DNA of 63,373 nucleotides, counting the filler, from Asterionella formosa (Eukaryota): the NCBI GenBank assembly GCA_002256025.1. It is 6 parts of 6 records of this genome, joined end to end, with 100 filler letters (N's around TTAATTAATTAA, not from the genome) between each part and the next. Parts side by side here need not be neighbours in the genome. Positions count along the whole stretch, not along the records: positions 28,119 to 56,053 come from NKIB01001346.1; positions 56,154 to 57,884 come from NKIB01001350.1; 4 more parts are not named here. One strand, 5' to 3'. A program made the translations under genes and the position numbers. Below the pieces are notes generated by a model. It was not told where the DNA came from. It did not search any database and was given only the letters and a program-made list of their open reading frames with translations. Below are positions 45,785-57,884 of the stretch, piece after piece (position 1 is the first letter of the stretch; the number at the start of each line of letters is the position of its first letter).

Positions 45785-46825
45785 TCATGCCTTGATCTTG
45801 ATCAATTTTGTTCCAAACACGGCACTCACGGCCAGAACTATTACTGCGGTCGAAACAAAATACTGAATGGGAATGTCAAAGAATCTCCGTTTGCGAAGAG
45901 GTTGTGGCGGAACTTTCAAATCTATAATCTGCAACTCTTCCAGGATAGGTAAGACATCTGAGTTGAGTACGACCACGATCTCCCTAACAAGAGCTTGCAT
46001 TTCAATGGCGCGTCCAGAAACAGCATCCAAGACCTCGGCATGACTGGCGGGAGGTCCTTCGTCTCCGCCAATAATGACCTTATTGGTGACCAGCGACAAA
46101 CACAGCATCTTCATACCGCAATGGTGTCCGGCTAGAATTTCTGGTACCGTTGACATGCCAACGGTATCACCGCCCAAAGAGAGCAAGAATCTACATTCCG
46201 CCTTTGATTCGTACATTGGCCCCGAAACAAAGCAATAGCAGGCTCCTTCCGGTCTAACAAAATTGAAATTGAGTTGTGCAGCTGCTTGTTGTGCCGCATC
46301 TCTCAAGAATTGCGGATAAGCATCACTCGTGGGTGGGAACCTTGGTCCTAATGCCTCATCGTTGGGCCCGACCAAGGAGTTCTTCCCTGCCAGCGATGGA
46401 ATGGCCAAATGGTCGGAAACAATTGCAACATCCCCTACATTGTAGAGTGGATTCAAGCCTCCCGCTGCGTTGGTAACGATAACAACTCTGACTTGTAGGC
46501 AGCGCATAACGTGAACAGGAAGGACGACAGTCTTCATGTCGTGGCCTTCGTAGGAGTGGAATCGTCCTCTGAAGCACATGGTGGGCACACCCCCGAGCAG
46601 ACCGAACACGACTTCGCCCTTATGGCCAGGGACGGTGCAGTGCTCGGGAAAGCCAGGAATGTCACTGTACTGCACGGAGAGCGTGGCTCCTTCCAGCGCG
46701 TCGGAGAGTTCGGACAGGCCGGACCCGCAAATGATTCCAACTTGAGGAGGAGGAAGGGAGGCGGCTGCCAGTTTGTCATTGAGAAAGGCGCTAGCGAGGC
46801 GGTAGGGGATGAAAGTGGCGTGCAT
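45785..46825 (-). CDS. PNP: Purine nucleoside phosphorylase (trimeric type) with C-terminal hydrophobic tail
   Basis: GIICGSGL, VPGHKG, GRFHSYEG, TNAAGGLN, GPMYES, VGMSTVPE, LVTN; ATG 46825. Confidence 0.92.
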   Translation of the reverse strand: MHATFIPYRLASAFLNDKLAAASLPPPQVGIICGSGLSELSDALEGATLSVQYSDIPGFPEHCTVPGHKGEVVFGLLGGVPTMCFRGRFHSYEGHDMKTVVLPVHVMRCLQVRVVIVTNAAGGLNPLYNVGDVAIVSDHLAIPSLAGKNSLVGPNDEALGPRFPPTSDAYPQFLRDAAQQAAAQLNFNFVRPEGACYCFVSGPMYESKAECRFLLSLGGDTVGMSTVPEILAGHHCGMKMLCLSLVTNKVIIGGDEGPPASHAEVLDAVSGRAIEMQALVREIVVVLNSDVLPILEELQIIDLKVPPQPLRKRRFFDIPIQYFVSTAVIVLAVSAVFGTKLIKIKA

Positions 46826-47971
46826 GATCCAGCTATTCGCAAACAACGTCTACTACTTAGCCTGATAACAACGACGATATAGGTCGAGGTAGGAACCGAG
46901 AAAGCTGTCTACAATGATAATGAAGCCTGATCACATATATGTGATCTTAATTTTATCATCGAATTTGTTCTTTTTGTGTCTGACGCGACGAACGAGCAAT
47001 GACAGAGAAACAAAAACTTCGTGCCGACGACCACTACAACAAGGGCGAACAAAAATACCGCTATGTACGGACCAGCACCAGACCACATCTACATATTACA
47101 TATGTAGCTGTATGTACAGCTGTATATATGATACCGTGATACTGTACACAAAACAATAAACTACCTCGCACTCGTCGTGCATCTGGTCGTGTGCACGTTT
47201 CTTTTGAAACTACCGTACCCTGGTACCTGGTACTACCCGTAAGCATGTGAAGCATGACAATACCGGTACCGGTATGTATGAATACCAAACATACGCATAA
47301 CTCAGGTATTGCTCTGCCTCATCGCAATTGCACGACATTGCGCACGCAGCATGTATGCATACTAGAGAGTGCGTACTAAGTGACCAGCAGGTAACAGTAC
47401 TTACCGTACTTGTCCGTTGGAGTCTGTGCGACGGTGCATTCCGACACAGATAATCAGCCATCAATCAGCTTCAAGTAGAAAATCTAAAAAAAACANNNNN
47501 NNNNNNNNNNNNNNNNNNNNNNNNNNNNNNNNNNNNNNNNNNNNNNNNNNNNNNNNNNNNNNNNNNNNNNNNNNNNNNNNNNNNNNNNNNNNNNNNNNNN
47601 NNNNNNNNNNNNNNNNNNNNNNNNNNNNNNNNNNNNNNNNNNNNNNNNNNNNNNNNNNNNNNNNNNNNNNNNNNNNNNNNNNNNNNNNNNNNNNNNNNNN
47701 NNNNNNNNNNNNNNNNNNNNNNNNNNNNNNNNNNNNNNNNNNNNNNNNNNNNNNNNNNNNNNNNNNNNNNNNNNNNNNNNNNNNNNNNNNNNNNNNNNNN
47801 NNNNNNNNNNNNNNNNNNNNNNNNNNNNNNNNNNNNNNNNNNNNNNNNNNNNNNNNNNNNNNNNNNNNNNNNNNNNNNNNNNNNNNNNNNNNNNNNNNNN
47901 NNNNNNNNNNNNNNNNNNNNNNNNNNNNNNNNNNNNNNNNNNNNNNNNNNNNNNNNNNNNNNNNNNNNNNN

Positions 47972-49108
47972 CTTCCCACTACTTTTTTGGACGTTGAGGA
48001 TGAAGATTCAGATGACGACGACGACAACGACGGACACTCTTCCATGCTGTCGAATGCGGCGCTGCGGCGGTCGAAAGTGTCTGTCAGCGGAAACAAAGAA
48101 TCTAGAAGAGAATCGTTTAAAAATCCAGTAGGTGAAATTACGACACTGAAATCGGCTTTTGGAGTCAGAAACTCGGCCCTCGCCGTCCGTGGAGGAGCTG
48201 CTGCTGAACTTGGATCGGAGTTTGCCAAGAAGCTTCTCGTCGCTGCCATTGTCACCCTGACGTACGAAGCGATTCTTGGACACATGCTAGAATTTGTTAA
48301 GATTGTCATGCAAACAGCTGCGGATGGAACAACTTATTTCGATGTATTGAAGCTCATTACTGCGGAAAAGGGCATCGCTGGAATATGGGATGGCTTTGTA
48401 CCTTGGGGTGTGGTTCAAGCTATTTTCAAAGGTGGGGTGTTTGGATTGGCCCATGCCATTGCGTTAAGTTTATTACTGCCACTTGCAGAGGAAGGAAAGC
48501 TGCCTAAGCAATTGGCCTTGACTCTGGCTGGCGGAATTGGAGGCGGCTTCCAGGGCTATGTCCTTTCGCCGACTTTGTTGCTCAAGACTAGAGTCATGAC
48601 TAATCCTGTATTCCGCGAAAAAATGTCCTTGATCAAAACCACGTTGTTGAGTTTCCGCATTGGATTGGATGTCGTCAAGGAAGAAGGTATCTCAGCGCTC
48701 ATGAAGGGATCCAATATTTTTGCAACAAAACGTGTATTTGACTGGGCCACGCGATACTTCTTTGCAGACCTTTGCGAAGCTTGCTTACGCTCACGGAAGG
48801 GAGGCGCGGCTCTTTCGGCAACTGACAAAGTCATTTCGTCATTTGTGGGTGGAACCCTATCTACTCTATCTACACTTCCATTGGATGTCTTGGTCGCCAA
48901 AACGCAAGATGCTAAAAAAGCAGGCGTCAAGGTGTCAGCCTTGGCACTTTTTCAAGATGAACTGAAACAGAAAGGTTGGGGCGGGCTATGCAGTTCGTAC
49001 ATGCGAGGCTTTGAAGCTCGTCTCCTTCATGTTTGCTTCACAACAGTTGCCATGAAGACAGGCACCTCCCTTCTTTACGATGCATTGTATGGAGGCAAGA
49101 AGTCATAA
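47972..49108 (+). CDS. SLC25 mitochondrial-carrier-family protein, Yhm2-like; 5' end in gap
   Basis: GHMLEFVK, GFVPWGVVQAIFKG, SPTLLLKTR, LPLDVLVAK, three-repeat TM topology. Confidence 0.85.
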   Translation, partial: LPTTFLDVEDEDSDDDDDNDGHSSMLSNAALRRSKVSVSGNKESRRESFKNPVGEITTLKSAFGVRNSALAVRGGAAAELGSEFAKKLLVAAIVTLTYEAILGHMLEFVKIVMQTAADGTTYFDVLKLITAEKGIAGIWDGFVPWGVVQAIFKGGVFGLAHAIALSLLLPLAEEGKLPKQLALTLAGGIGGGFQGYVLSPTLLLKTRVMTNPVFREKMSLIKTTLLSFRIGLDVVKEEGISALMKGSNIFATKRVFDWATRYFFADLCEACLRSRKGGAALSATDKVISSFVGGTLSTLSTLPLDVLVAKTQDAKKAGVKVSALALFQDELKQKGWGGLCSSYMRGFEARLLHVCFTTVAMKTGTSLLYDALYGGKKS

Positions 49109-49454
49109 GCCTTGTGGTTCGTCCATCACGCACGAGTGGCGACCGAGGCTTCCCTAGTTATATTCGAAACTGTGTTGTATGTTCTAGCGGGTAAAATTTC
49201 TTTAAAACTGTAGTCAAAAGTCCTTACTATATGGGCCATGGAGCGCAATGACAACAACTCTAGAAATAGAATAGTAAGAATGCGATATAAAAATGATTAA
49301 TATATATTCAAAAGTTCTTACTATAATCGCAGTGAGCATAAAGTTATATGGAATCAGACGAGCTAGAAGAGATACAACGCTTCCTAATATTATCTCGTTA
49401 TCGACGCTTGATATTCAATTTACTCCCAAACTACAGGTCTTGACCTTCGACTCA

Positions 49455-51505
49455 TTACATACCTGTGTCGCCCTTCCTCTTTTCAAAAAGTGCACGCTTG
49501 CTAGGAGGGACGACTGTCATTGGGAGCTCAGCTGGGATTGGCCTTCCCTTTTGGATCACAGCATCTACCAAAAACATGGCGACCACATATTCCTCGAGAT
49601 CGAAGTATCCATCCTTGTCGATGTCACTGAGATTCCAAATCTTGCGGAGTTGATCCTTGGCAAGACCAGTCTTGGTAAGCACCTCTCGGGCTGTTTGAGT
49701 ATCCAAGAAGCCACCCTCAGGTCCCAATGCTTCAAAACTACTGCGCAGACGATCGGCCGAGTCTTGCAAGGCCCAGTAGTGGTCTTCGTCAGCCTCGTCG
49801 TAGCCGAATGGATTGCTCTCTCCCTCGGTCGCCTTCTTTCCAAATTTTCCTGCTCGAGTTGGGATTGGAACATAGGCGTTACTGGCAGAAGCATCTTGAG
49901 CGTCCATTTTGGCTCTCAATGTCTCAGGGGAGTCTTTCGCACTTGGCAACTGCTCCATTAATCGGGGAATATCGTTGTTCAATACACGATCCAAATCTTC
50001 AAGTTGCTTCTCCTTAAGAGTTGAAAATTCCGCGAACTTGACTTCCTGGAGCTTACTACTAAAGCTGGCAAGGTCAGGGAAATCCCCAGGAGATAAGTTG
50101 TACTTTTTCATGATGGTGCGAAAAACAGTAGGCAGCTCATTGATCAACTTTTGCTGCTTCTTCTCCTTACCCATCATCGCAGGCATTTGTGCCTTCAAAT
50201 GACCAATGATGTACGCTAAAGTCTTCACTTTGCGGACACGCTTGACAAGCTGATATAAAATTAACAATCAATTCAGTTAAATGGTGATCAATATAACAGA
50301 GGGGGCTTGATAAATTGCAGCAACTCTGGACATACCTCATTAATTTTACGAACAGCCGATTGACGGGGAAGGACAGCCAAGTCTTTCATTAGGTCCTTTT
50401 CTTCAGCCTCAAAGAGTTCAGCATTGTCTAAGTTACGGAGGGATTCGTCCCAAAACGATCCAACATAGACACGGGCGACTTCTGGGGAAGACATGGTTTT
50501 TCCAAGCGACCATAAAAGTGCACCGTAGACTCTCATCAACTGTTGGCGGTCGATCTGGTCGGCCTTGTTCAAAATACAACGAATCTTGTCTTCGTGACCC
50601 TTCAAAACATCAATAGCACCTTTCAATTCATCGCTGATATCAAGCTTATGGGCATCAAAGAGGAGAATAATCAAATCTGCGCGCTGGGATGGGAAACGAA
50701 AACAAATTTGGTAATGTTAATTCAAGTTGTCTGCAAAAAGTGATAAATGTAAGATAAGAAACTCTCACCTCAGCAAACCAAGCAACCACCTTGGTGAAAT
50801 CATATCCACGATTTTGACGCTGTTTTTCACCTGACAAGATACCTGGGGTATCCACAAGGATGATGGAACGAAGGACGCTGGAGGGAAGCTGACTTCCTTC
50901 AAAACGGCTCAAAAAGGAAACACCAAATTTTTCAAGACCTTTGAAGGGCAAATCTGGATGAACGGATAAGGCGTTTCCGGGAATTGTTCGCTCCTCAGGA
51001 CCATTGATAAGGACTGTAAAGATGTTATTTGGGATGAGTTGGAATTAGAGTCGTGGTGAAAGGGATTCAGATGCTATTGATTGATGTTGAACGTACCAGT
51101 AAAACGATCAGTTGTAGGTTCAGGTCCGATTCTCTGTCCAGGAAAGTCTCTTCCGAGTAAGTATCGGATGAAGGAAGTCTTTCCAACAGAGTATTGTCCG
51201 ATCAAGAGGACCTGCGGCTTGGCTATCAAGGACAGAAGTGAGTGGCGGGATTTGAGTTTCAAACAAGCAGAAACTTCAGAATTATCTTGTCCCTTACCGT
51301 CGAATTCAACGTCACTCATGAAGGGTGACTCGTAAAAGTAATCATAGCGATAGCGCTTTTCCACAGGTAAGACTGCCGAACGGTAGATCTGCTTGAGTTT
51401 GGCATAAATAAGGGCGTTCTTGTCCTGCACAGCATCTGGCGGAGTTCCCGATACGGCTGGTTCTTCTGCACTATTTTTCTTGCGTAAGCTTGTAGATTCC
51501 GCCAT
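49455..51505 (-). CDS. EHD: EH-domain-containing dynamin-like ATPase EHD (exons 51505-51298, 51222-51097, 51013-50769, 50683-50336, 50249-49455)
   Basis: GQYSVGKTSFI, IGPEPTTDRF, DTPGILSGEKQR, LNKAD, C-terminal EH/EF-hand IWNLSDIDKDGYFDLEEY; four GT-AG introns restore frame. Confidence 0.95.
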
Positions 51506-52566
51506 TGTGATGGACGGTTTTAGGTTCAGCAAACAACAACAAAGACGATGCTTAAGTGGTTTGTTAGTAATGCAATGAACTGGAGTTTGTGTTCTATCGG
51601 ATGATCGACCGGTGTTTTTTTGCCTTCGCCTTATTTTTTATCACTTTGCTTGTTATACATACACAGCCTATGACACAATAAATTCGCACTGATGCACCAG
51701 CACTCAACCATATGAAATCCGGTAAATATTTCTTACCGGCATATATACATATTTACACTTGTTTGTTCATATTGGTCGTACAACGGCGAAAATATTCATA
51801 CCGGTATATTATATATATCCTGTACAATAAAGTATTATTTACTAGTTTACCTCTAGAGGTATTTTAGACGATGTACCGATACTGCTTCTGTTATGATTAC
51901 TCCGTACATAAGATACCGTACCACTGCCGGGCCATCATTCATACATCCGTTGAGCTGCAACACATGACGTCCGAAACATGAAAAAGGGAATTCCTGTACA
52001 AACCGACCGTCAAAACTTGACTGCATTATGTTGTTTTGTTTGATATTCTGCATTAAAAATATAAATATGAAAATTGTTTATGTATGCATCATCCTTTTTC
52101 TATTTGAATACATTCATACAATTAGAACCTGTTATGTGCTCGGAGTACCACTTATTGAATATATCATAGCTGAAGCGTTCATTCGATTATCATGACGGCT
52201 AAACAGGGCACGCAAGATATCATGACCAATTGATTGTTCTACTATTGCCGGTATCAGCTGCCACACCCCAGGATAGTCTCAATATCTATCTAGCTGCTAA
52301 CTAGTAGAGTTCATAGGAGCCTAACTAGTTCAATTAAAGGTGAATCTCATTCCACTTTCTAACAACCCTCGTCACCCTACGTACAGTAATCCTTCGCTAT
52401 GATCAAAGTATGAATAAGATTTGGAACAAAAATTCCGGATGTCTTGTCAATATTATTAGACTTGCTACGCCTATCCTGGTGGCAGAGAACAAGGTGAAGT
52501 GGAGATACTCTCGACATGTGCAAATCACCCAATATTCTGCTCTCACTGAGGAGTAAGTTTTTTAGG

Positions 52567-53124
52567 TCAAATCATTGTCATCTTAGCGTTGTCAAGGATA
52601 TTGTTCATCTCTTCTGCAGTATGCATGAAGTCTTCAATGCAAAGACCAAATTCTTCCCTAGTTATGCTGCGAATTGGCACAGAGAAACAGAGATTAACTT
52701 CGTCGCCCTCTAGACCCAAGGTAGCTCCTCTTGTTCTCTGTTGCATATAGTTCATCGTCATGGCCTCTTTCATGACAGCTTTCCGATTGTCATTAACTCC
52801 CAATTGGCACACCATAGTATAGAAAAATACCAAACCCCCATTTCCTGATGGAACCTCGACAACGATAATGAATTTCTTGAACTGAAAATAACAATATCCC
52901 TCCTCACTCAATTTAAGGTCGTTCTTTACAGAGGTCGCTACACTGCGGAGATGGCCGTTGATTTTCTTTCGATTCCTTACTCCACTCTCTGGCGATGCAT
53001 TCCAGGACCTTCGACTTACATTTCGTATGAGATTCAATACGGGTCGTTGTCGCACCTTTCGACTTTCACTCGAGTCAACGATTTCAATAGAAGGAGATAA
53101 CAGGGGGATGTTTCGATGCAACAT
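52567..53124 (-). CDS. CesT/Tir-chaperone (type III secretion chaperone) fold protein
   Basis: FIIVVEVP..GLVFFYTMVC...AMTMNYMQQRTRGATLGLEGDEVNLCFSVPI..ITREEF...IEDFMHTAEEM; start uncertain (ATG 53124 follows an acceptor-like ttactcacag). Confidence 0.7.
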   Translation of the reverse strand: MLHRNIPLLSPSIEIVDSSESRKVRQRPVLNLIRNVSRRSWNASPESGVRNRKKINGHLRSVATSVKNDLKLSEEGYCYFQFKKFIIVVEVPSGNGGLVFFYTMVCQLGVNDNRKAVMKEAMTMNYMQQRTRGATLGLEGDEVNLCFSVPIRSITREEFGLCIEDFMHTAEEMNNILDNAKMTMI

Positions 53125-54295
53125 GACAATCTCTGTGAGTAAGTTAAGTATGAACCCAAAGTTACAACACAATATGATAATAACTATTTTAGGCAGCATG
53201 TACACTTATGAGCAGAATCGTCGAAGGGAGATATCACCTCTCATTTTGCTGTCATTCAATTTAAATAAGGAAGTGATTTCGGTGTCATCGGAGATCAAGA
53301 GAGAATCGACAGGAATTCATCCGCGAATTAAAAATTGCTTCCAATTGCTTCGAGCCATCGTCACCAGTTCGCATGTAGCACATTTGCTCTGTGTGTCACA
53401 CATCATGGTGCATTCATTAGAATATAAAATCGCACACGATTTATGTGTTTATGTGTGTATAACTGGTGCATACCTGCTTACCCAGAAGTGGTCGCATGAT
53501 TCGGACCATAGCCTACGAGATAATATTTATCCGCCGCAGCGGCCAGCTAACAGTTGGTACGTCAGATACCACCCTGATACCGGGGAAGTGGATACGGTAC
53601 TTTCAAAGAGAAAACGATCATGGACGTCCCTAACACCTCAGTTAGAGCTTATCAAAATGTGTGCCTTCGTCTCTCTAGAATAGACTTCCGGTACATGGTA
53701 CACGTGGTACCGATAGTCTATAGTTTATATTCTATATAGTCAATAGATACTGTTACTGTTAGTATATCACATGCATGTTTGAAAGTCTGATGATGGACAT
53801 TCATTACGATACCACATGGTTGTTGGGATCTCTACTATTACGCTTACGATTAAAGAGTCTATTGAGGAATACAAAGAGTTTGAAATACAAAGAGTTTGAA
53901 GCGACGATCAAAGAAGGAGAGAGTCAAATATAACTATAAAGTGTTATCCACAATGCAATATTTAGTTCCAAGGAAAAATGGGAAGAAGAATTCTGACAAG
54001 GTGACCTGTCAGAGTTTTGTCTGACCTGCATACATGTATATTTATTCATGAAGAGATTAAGATATGGTCTCTATGCATCAATACTTTCCATTCATTCGAA
54101 ATGAGGGCTTTCGACTGGGAATCACAAACTCAAGAGAAGCTTGAAGAAATAAATCTTGATTTTGTACGCTAAGGACGATAGTTGAGACAGTTGTTGGATC
54201 AGTACTCCTTCAATTCGGACAAAGAAGGCCCCTTCACGAGTAAAAAGGATGAATCAATCAGCTTTCCTACTTCCTGGGATGAATGTAGAGCATTG

Positions 54296-56053
54296 CTAAC
54301 ATGTATCCAACACATCCAAACTAGATAGAGTTTCCTTGTGCGTGGCAGCATGCCGCTTGACGTTTTGCCGCTGAATCCCAAATAGCAACCCCAGCACAGT
54401 CGCACTCACTGCAGCGCTTACTGAAAACACCAAATTCAATATTGACGATTGAATGGTAAAGTTCATGCCACCGAGAGCAGCAGAAAAGCCAGCTCTGTAC
54501 TCGAGAGGTAAATTCATTTTGGTCAAGACAACACAAGAAAGACAGTAGCACCCTGTCAAGGTTGCCAAAATGGGAGCGTAGATTGTAAATGTCCCTGGCG
54601 GAGTAACATGTTCCAACACAGTCAATGGCGTGTTTTGTTTCTGCGTACAGTGAAACTTGCGGTAGACCAACAAAAGACGTCGGTTGACTGCTTCTATAGT
54701 CCTAAGGAAGGTCCGAAACTGTGAAAAACTTAAGAAAATTGTCAGCAATAACGAAATCCCTTGCGATAGCACAATGTAGTCTTGTTGTTTGACATAATGA
54801 TGTCCATTCAGCCACAAGAATGCAGCTGTAATGGGATCAACGGCGGATGTAGATGTTGTATCGTCCATGTGGACAACACTCAAAATGGACGTGAACAATC
54901 TGACAAGTAAGATGATTGAAAAGACCATGCCCATGACTAAATTGATCCGGCCGGTAGGTGTTCTGGCCTCATCTGCCATGTACTGAGCGTGCTTCATTTC
55001 AGCAATGTCTTCTTGGAGTTCTACTACCAACATTTCAAGAAAGTCAATGTCATGTTGTATGTCCAGTTTGCGTTTTGTTCCTTCGTCACTCTTTCCATAA
55101 TCAGCAAAAGATTTGCGGGAAGCTTGCTTCCTTCGATTGTTGTTGGTGGCAGATGCTATAGGCAAAACATCAGTGAGCTCTGCCATCATGAGTTCTAGGG
55201 CGTTTGTTGCTGATAATAATTCATTTTCTGCTTGGGCAATGACAGCTGGTTGGATCGGTTCTATATAGAAACCTGCGAGACATGAATGTGGCAGACTGAC
55301 GGAACCAAAACCATTCAGGATTGAAGACAACACCAGTCCAACGGCACATAGCCAAGAGACCAGCGTGGACAGTATATTGTAGTATTCACCTTGTTGAGAT
55401 ATGACGAGAGAACCGAGGGTTTGAAGGAAAAGAAAATTAGCTACTATCCCCATGATAGCTCCGATCATGTAAGAACTCGATAATATGTCGGTACCGGTAC
55501 TTGTGCTTGATGTACGAGGACTTGATCGATCGTGTGTACTAGAAGAGGTTTTCTGTGCCAATACCAAAATAGGTTCGCTTTTGTTCTGTCGAAGCTGTCG
55601 AATTTGCCTTCGTAGTAGCCTGTACAGTGGCAGGAGAATCAGTTTGTAAAATATTCCCCATATCAAGAACACAAACTTGGCAGTGAGCAGCATCCACTGA
55701 GGACTCGATAACGTAAGAAAGCTGGCCCGGTGTCTGGTGAACTTCTCTATTCGTGTATGTAATTGTCCACCAACAATTCCGGGTAATATTAGCACAGTCC
55801 ATACGCACAACGCCCATAACAGGATCCCATAGGCTCCAGTCACAGTAAAATAACCGCTATGGAGCATACCAATTGTGTCGTGATCCAGCAGGATGAGCCA
55901 GGTGGAGGGGACCACTTCCAGAATGCTCAACGAAAAGATTCCCATGGAAAGACCAAATACCGTTTGCATGGATTTGAATGACTGCGGCAGCGGGTTCGTC
56001 TTTGGCAAGCATGTTGTCGTGCCAACCGCAGCTGCAAGGAGAAGCAAGTCCAT
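54296..56053 (-). CDS. GPR89/GPHR/GTG Golgi pH regulator-like membrane protein; may extend into gap
   Basis: SILEVV, GLVLSSILNGFGSVSLP, coiled middle loop, DPIT, SQGISLLL, GCYCLSCVVLTKMNLPLEYR, FSVSA. Confidence 0.82.
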   Translation of the reverse strand: MDLLLLAAAVGTTTCLPKTNPLPQSFKSMQTVFGLSMGIFSLSILEVVPSTWLILLDHDTIGMLHSGYFTVTGAYGILLWALCVWTVLILPGIVGGQLHTRIEKFTRHRASFLTLSSPQWMLLTAKFVFLIWGIFYKLILLPLYRLLRRQIRQLRQNKSEPILVLAQKTSSSTHDRSSPRTSSTSTGTDILSSSYMIGAIMGIVANFLFLQTLGSLVISQQGEYYNILSTLVSWLCAVGLVLSSILNGFGSVSLPHSCLAGFYIEPIQPAVIAQAENELLSATNALELMMAELTDVLPIASATNNNRRKQASRKSFADYGKSDEGTKRKLDIQHDIDFLEMLVVELQEDIAEMKHAQYMADEARTPTGRINLVMGMVFSIILLVRLFTSILSVVHMDDTTSTSAVDPITAAFLWLNGHHYVKQQDYIVLSQGISLLLTIFLSFSQFRTFLRTIEAVNRRLLLVYRKFHCTQKQNTPLTVLEHVTPPGTFTIYAPILATLTGCYCLSCVVLTKMNLPLEYRAGFSAALGGMNFTIQSSILNLVFSVSAAVSATVLGLLFGIQRQNVKRHAATHKETLSSLDVLDTC

Positions 56054-56153
56054 NNNNNNNNNNNNNNNNNNNNNNNNNNNNNNNNNNNNNNNNNNNNTTA
56101 ATTAATTAANNNNNNNNNNNNNNNNNNNNNNNNNNNNNNNNNNNNNNNNNNNN

Positions 56154-56650
56154 TTCTTTTTGAACCAAAGATATTCATCAATATCAATAATAAGAGCCCA
56201 ATCATAAGTACCAGCATAGGTGTCATTTTTCAAACACAAATGATGAACAATCTCTTGTCCATGTTCTCTGCCTCCACCATCGTACTGTGTCATGGTGACA
56301 TAGGGTAAATCATGGAGTTGTTGAAATCTCTGGAGCTTTGCAACTTCTGGACGATACCAAAAGAAAACATGATCAAATCCAAGCAGTCGATAGTAGGAGA
56401 CAAAGGCAAAGATAGGATCGAGTGAAATGTTACCAAACAAGGTGCGATGACAGACAGCTGCAGAAATACCTGAATCATCTCGAAGCGAAATGTAATTGGA
56501 TTCTCGAATGGTGACTGGATTATTTGAGTAGTTGCGATTGCGCCAATTGATGCCATTTCGACGAGTCTCAGTAATAGTTGTGGTAGTAGTAATAGTGGAG
56601 AATGCCAAACCACAACAATAGCCGACAACAATCAGCTGCTGCAATATCAT
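56154..56650 (-). CDS. Glycosyltransferase family 92-like protein, N-terminal part (rest lost in gap)
   Basis: Signal anchor; FVSYYRLLGFDHVFFWY, GQEIVHHLCL, WALIIDIDEYLW (DxD). Confidence 0.72.
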
Positions 56651-57825
56651 TCTGAGACGTGCACGTCTCAAATGACGACAATGAATGAATGAATGAATGA
56701 ATGAGCGCAAACAAACTTGATTTATTCCATGGGAGGCGCTACAACAGAGTTGCTGTTGATCCTCTCTTTTGCTTTAGACAACAACAAAGGCGAGGCGAGG
56801 CAAGGTGAGGTGAGGTGAGGCACACAATGAAAGCATCAAAATGATGATTATGATGATGATGATGGCTAATACTACATACACACCTGTACTACCGCTACCT
56901 GGAGTACTTGACCAGGTGGGTGCGCGGCATTCACTCTGTGCGTTTTCTACATGTAGAATATATATTGATATACCTATATATATATATATTAACACAGGAA
57001 CAAATGACGGAAGAAACTGCCGTAGAGAAAGGATGTACCGGTGCACTGCTCCGAGGAAACTACCGGTAGACTACGGTACCGGAACCTGGTGAAGTATCTA
57101 TCTAGAAGTAGTAGTATTTGTTGAATACCGGTATATGAGCTTATTAATTAATCCTAACGTACAACTCATTTCCTGAACTGAAATCAAAGTATAGAATGGG
57201 TGTTAGTCGAGTTCTCTCATTATTGAATTCCGATATATTTGATATAACCCTAACCCTATATACATCTGTATCGATGTGCAGGATTGCTCACTCTCCCACA
57301 CTTGAGGGAAAACCTTTTACCTATGAAAAGGTTTGATACGACGAATATTAATTCGTTCTGTAATGTGCATAGTGCGTTGAAAAGTAACTGTACCATTGGC
57401 ATGTACTTGAATAATAGTATAAGGACCTCATCCACGATTATCCAAAGTAGTAGGATTATCCAATAATATTAAAATCTTGTCACTTTACGAAATATCATTT
57501 AAAAGCATTGATTGCTTACGATCTCAATGTTGTGTCATTCCACCTTCTATTGTTTCAACAAACAATATGTGAGTTCTTGGCTGATGTAGGATTTGTTAAT
57601 GGTGAGGCGCTGAAAAGCTAGAAGGGGATGCTGCTTTTAAGGGTCGTCCCCATGTTGAAAACATATATTGTGCACAGTGGTGGTTAAATGTTGTCTTTAT
57701 GAATTCAGAGGGTCAAAAATCCTGGCGCAGCCATGACTTCATCTTTGTACCAACAGAACCTACAATCTACATGAAAAAACCTGGCGCAGTCTTACTTCAA
57801 AGGGAAAAATTTTGATGCTACAAGT

Positions 57826-57884
57826 GTGACCTTAAACAAATATCGGTATGACAAGTGACCTTAAACAAATATCGGTATGACAAG
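57826..57884. repeat. 29-bp exact tandem repeat at contig end
   Basis: gtgaccttaaacaaatatcggtatgacaa at 57826 and 57855, then gap. Confidence 0.85.
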
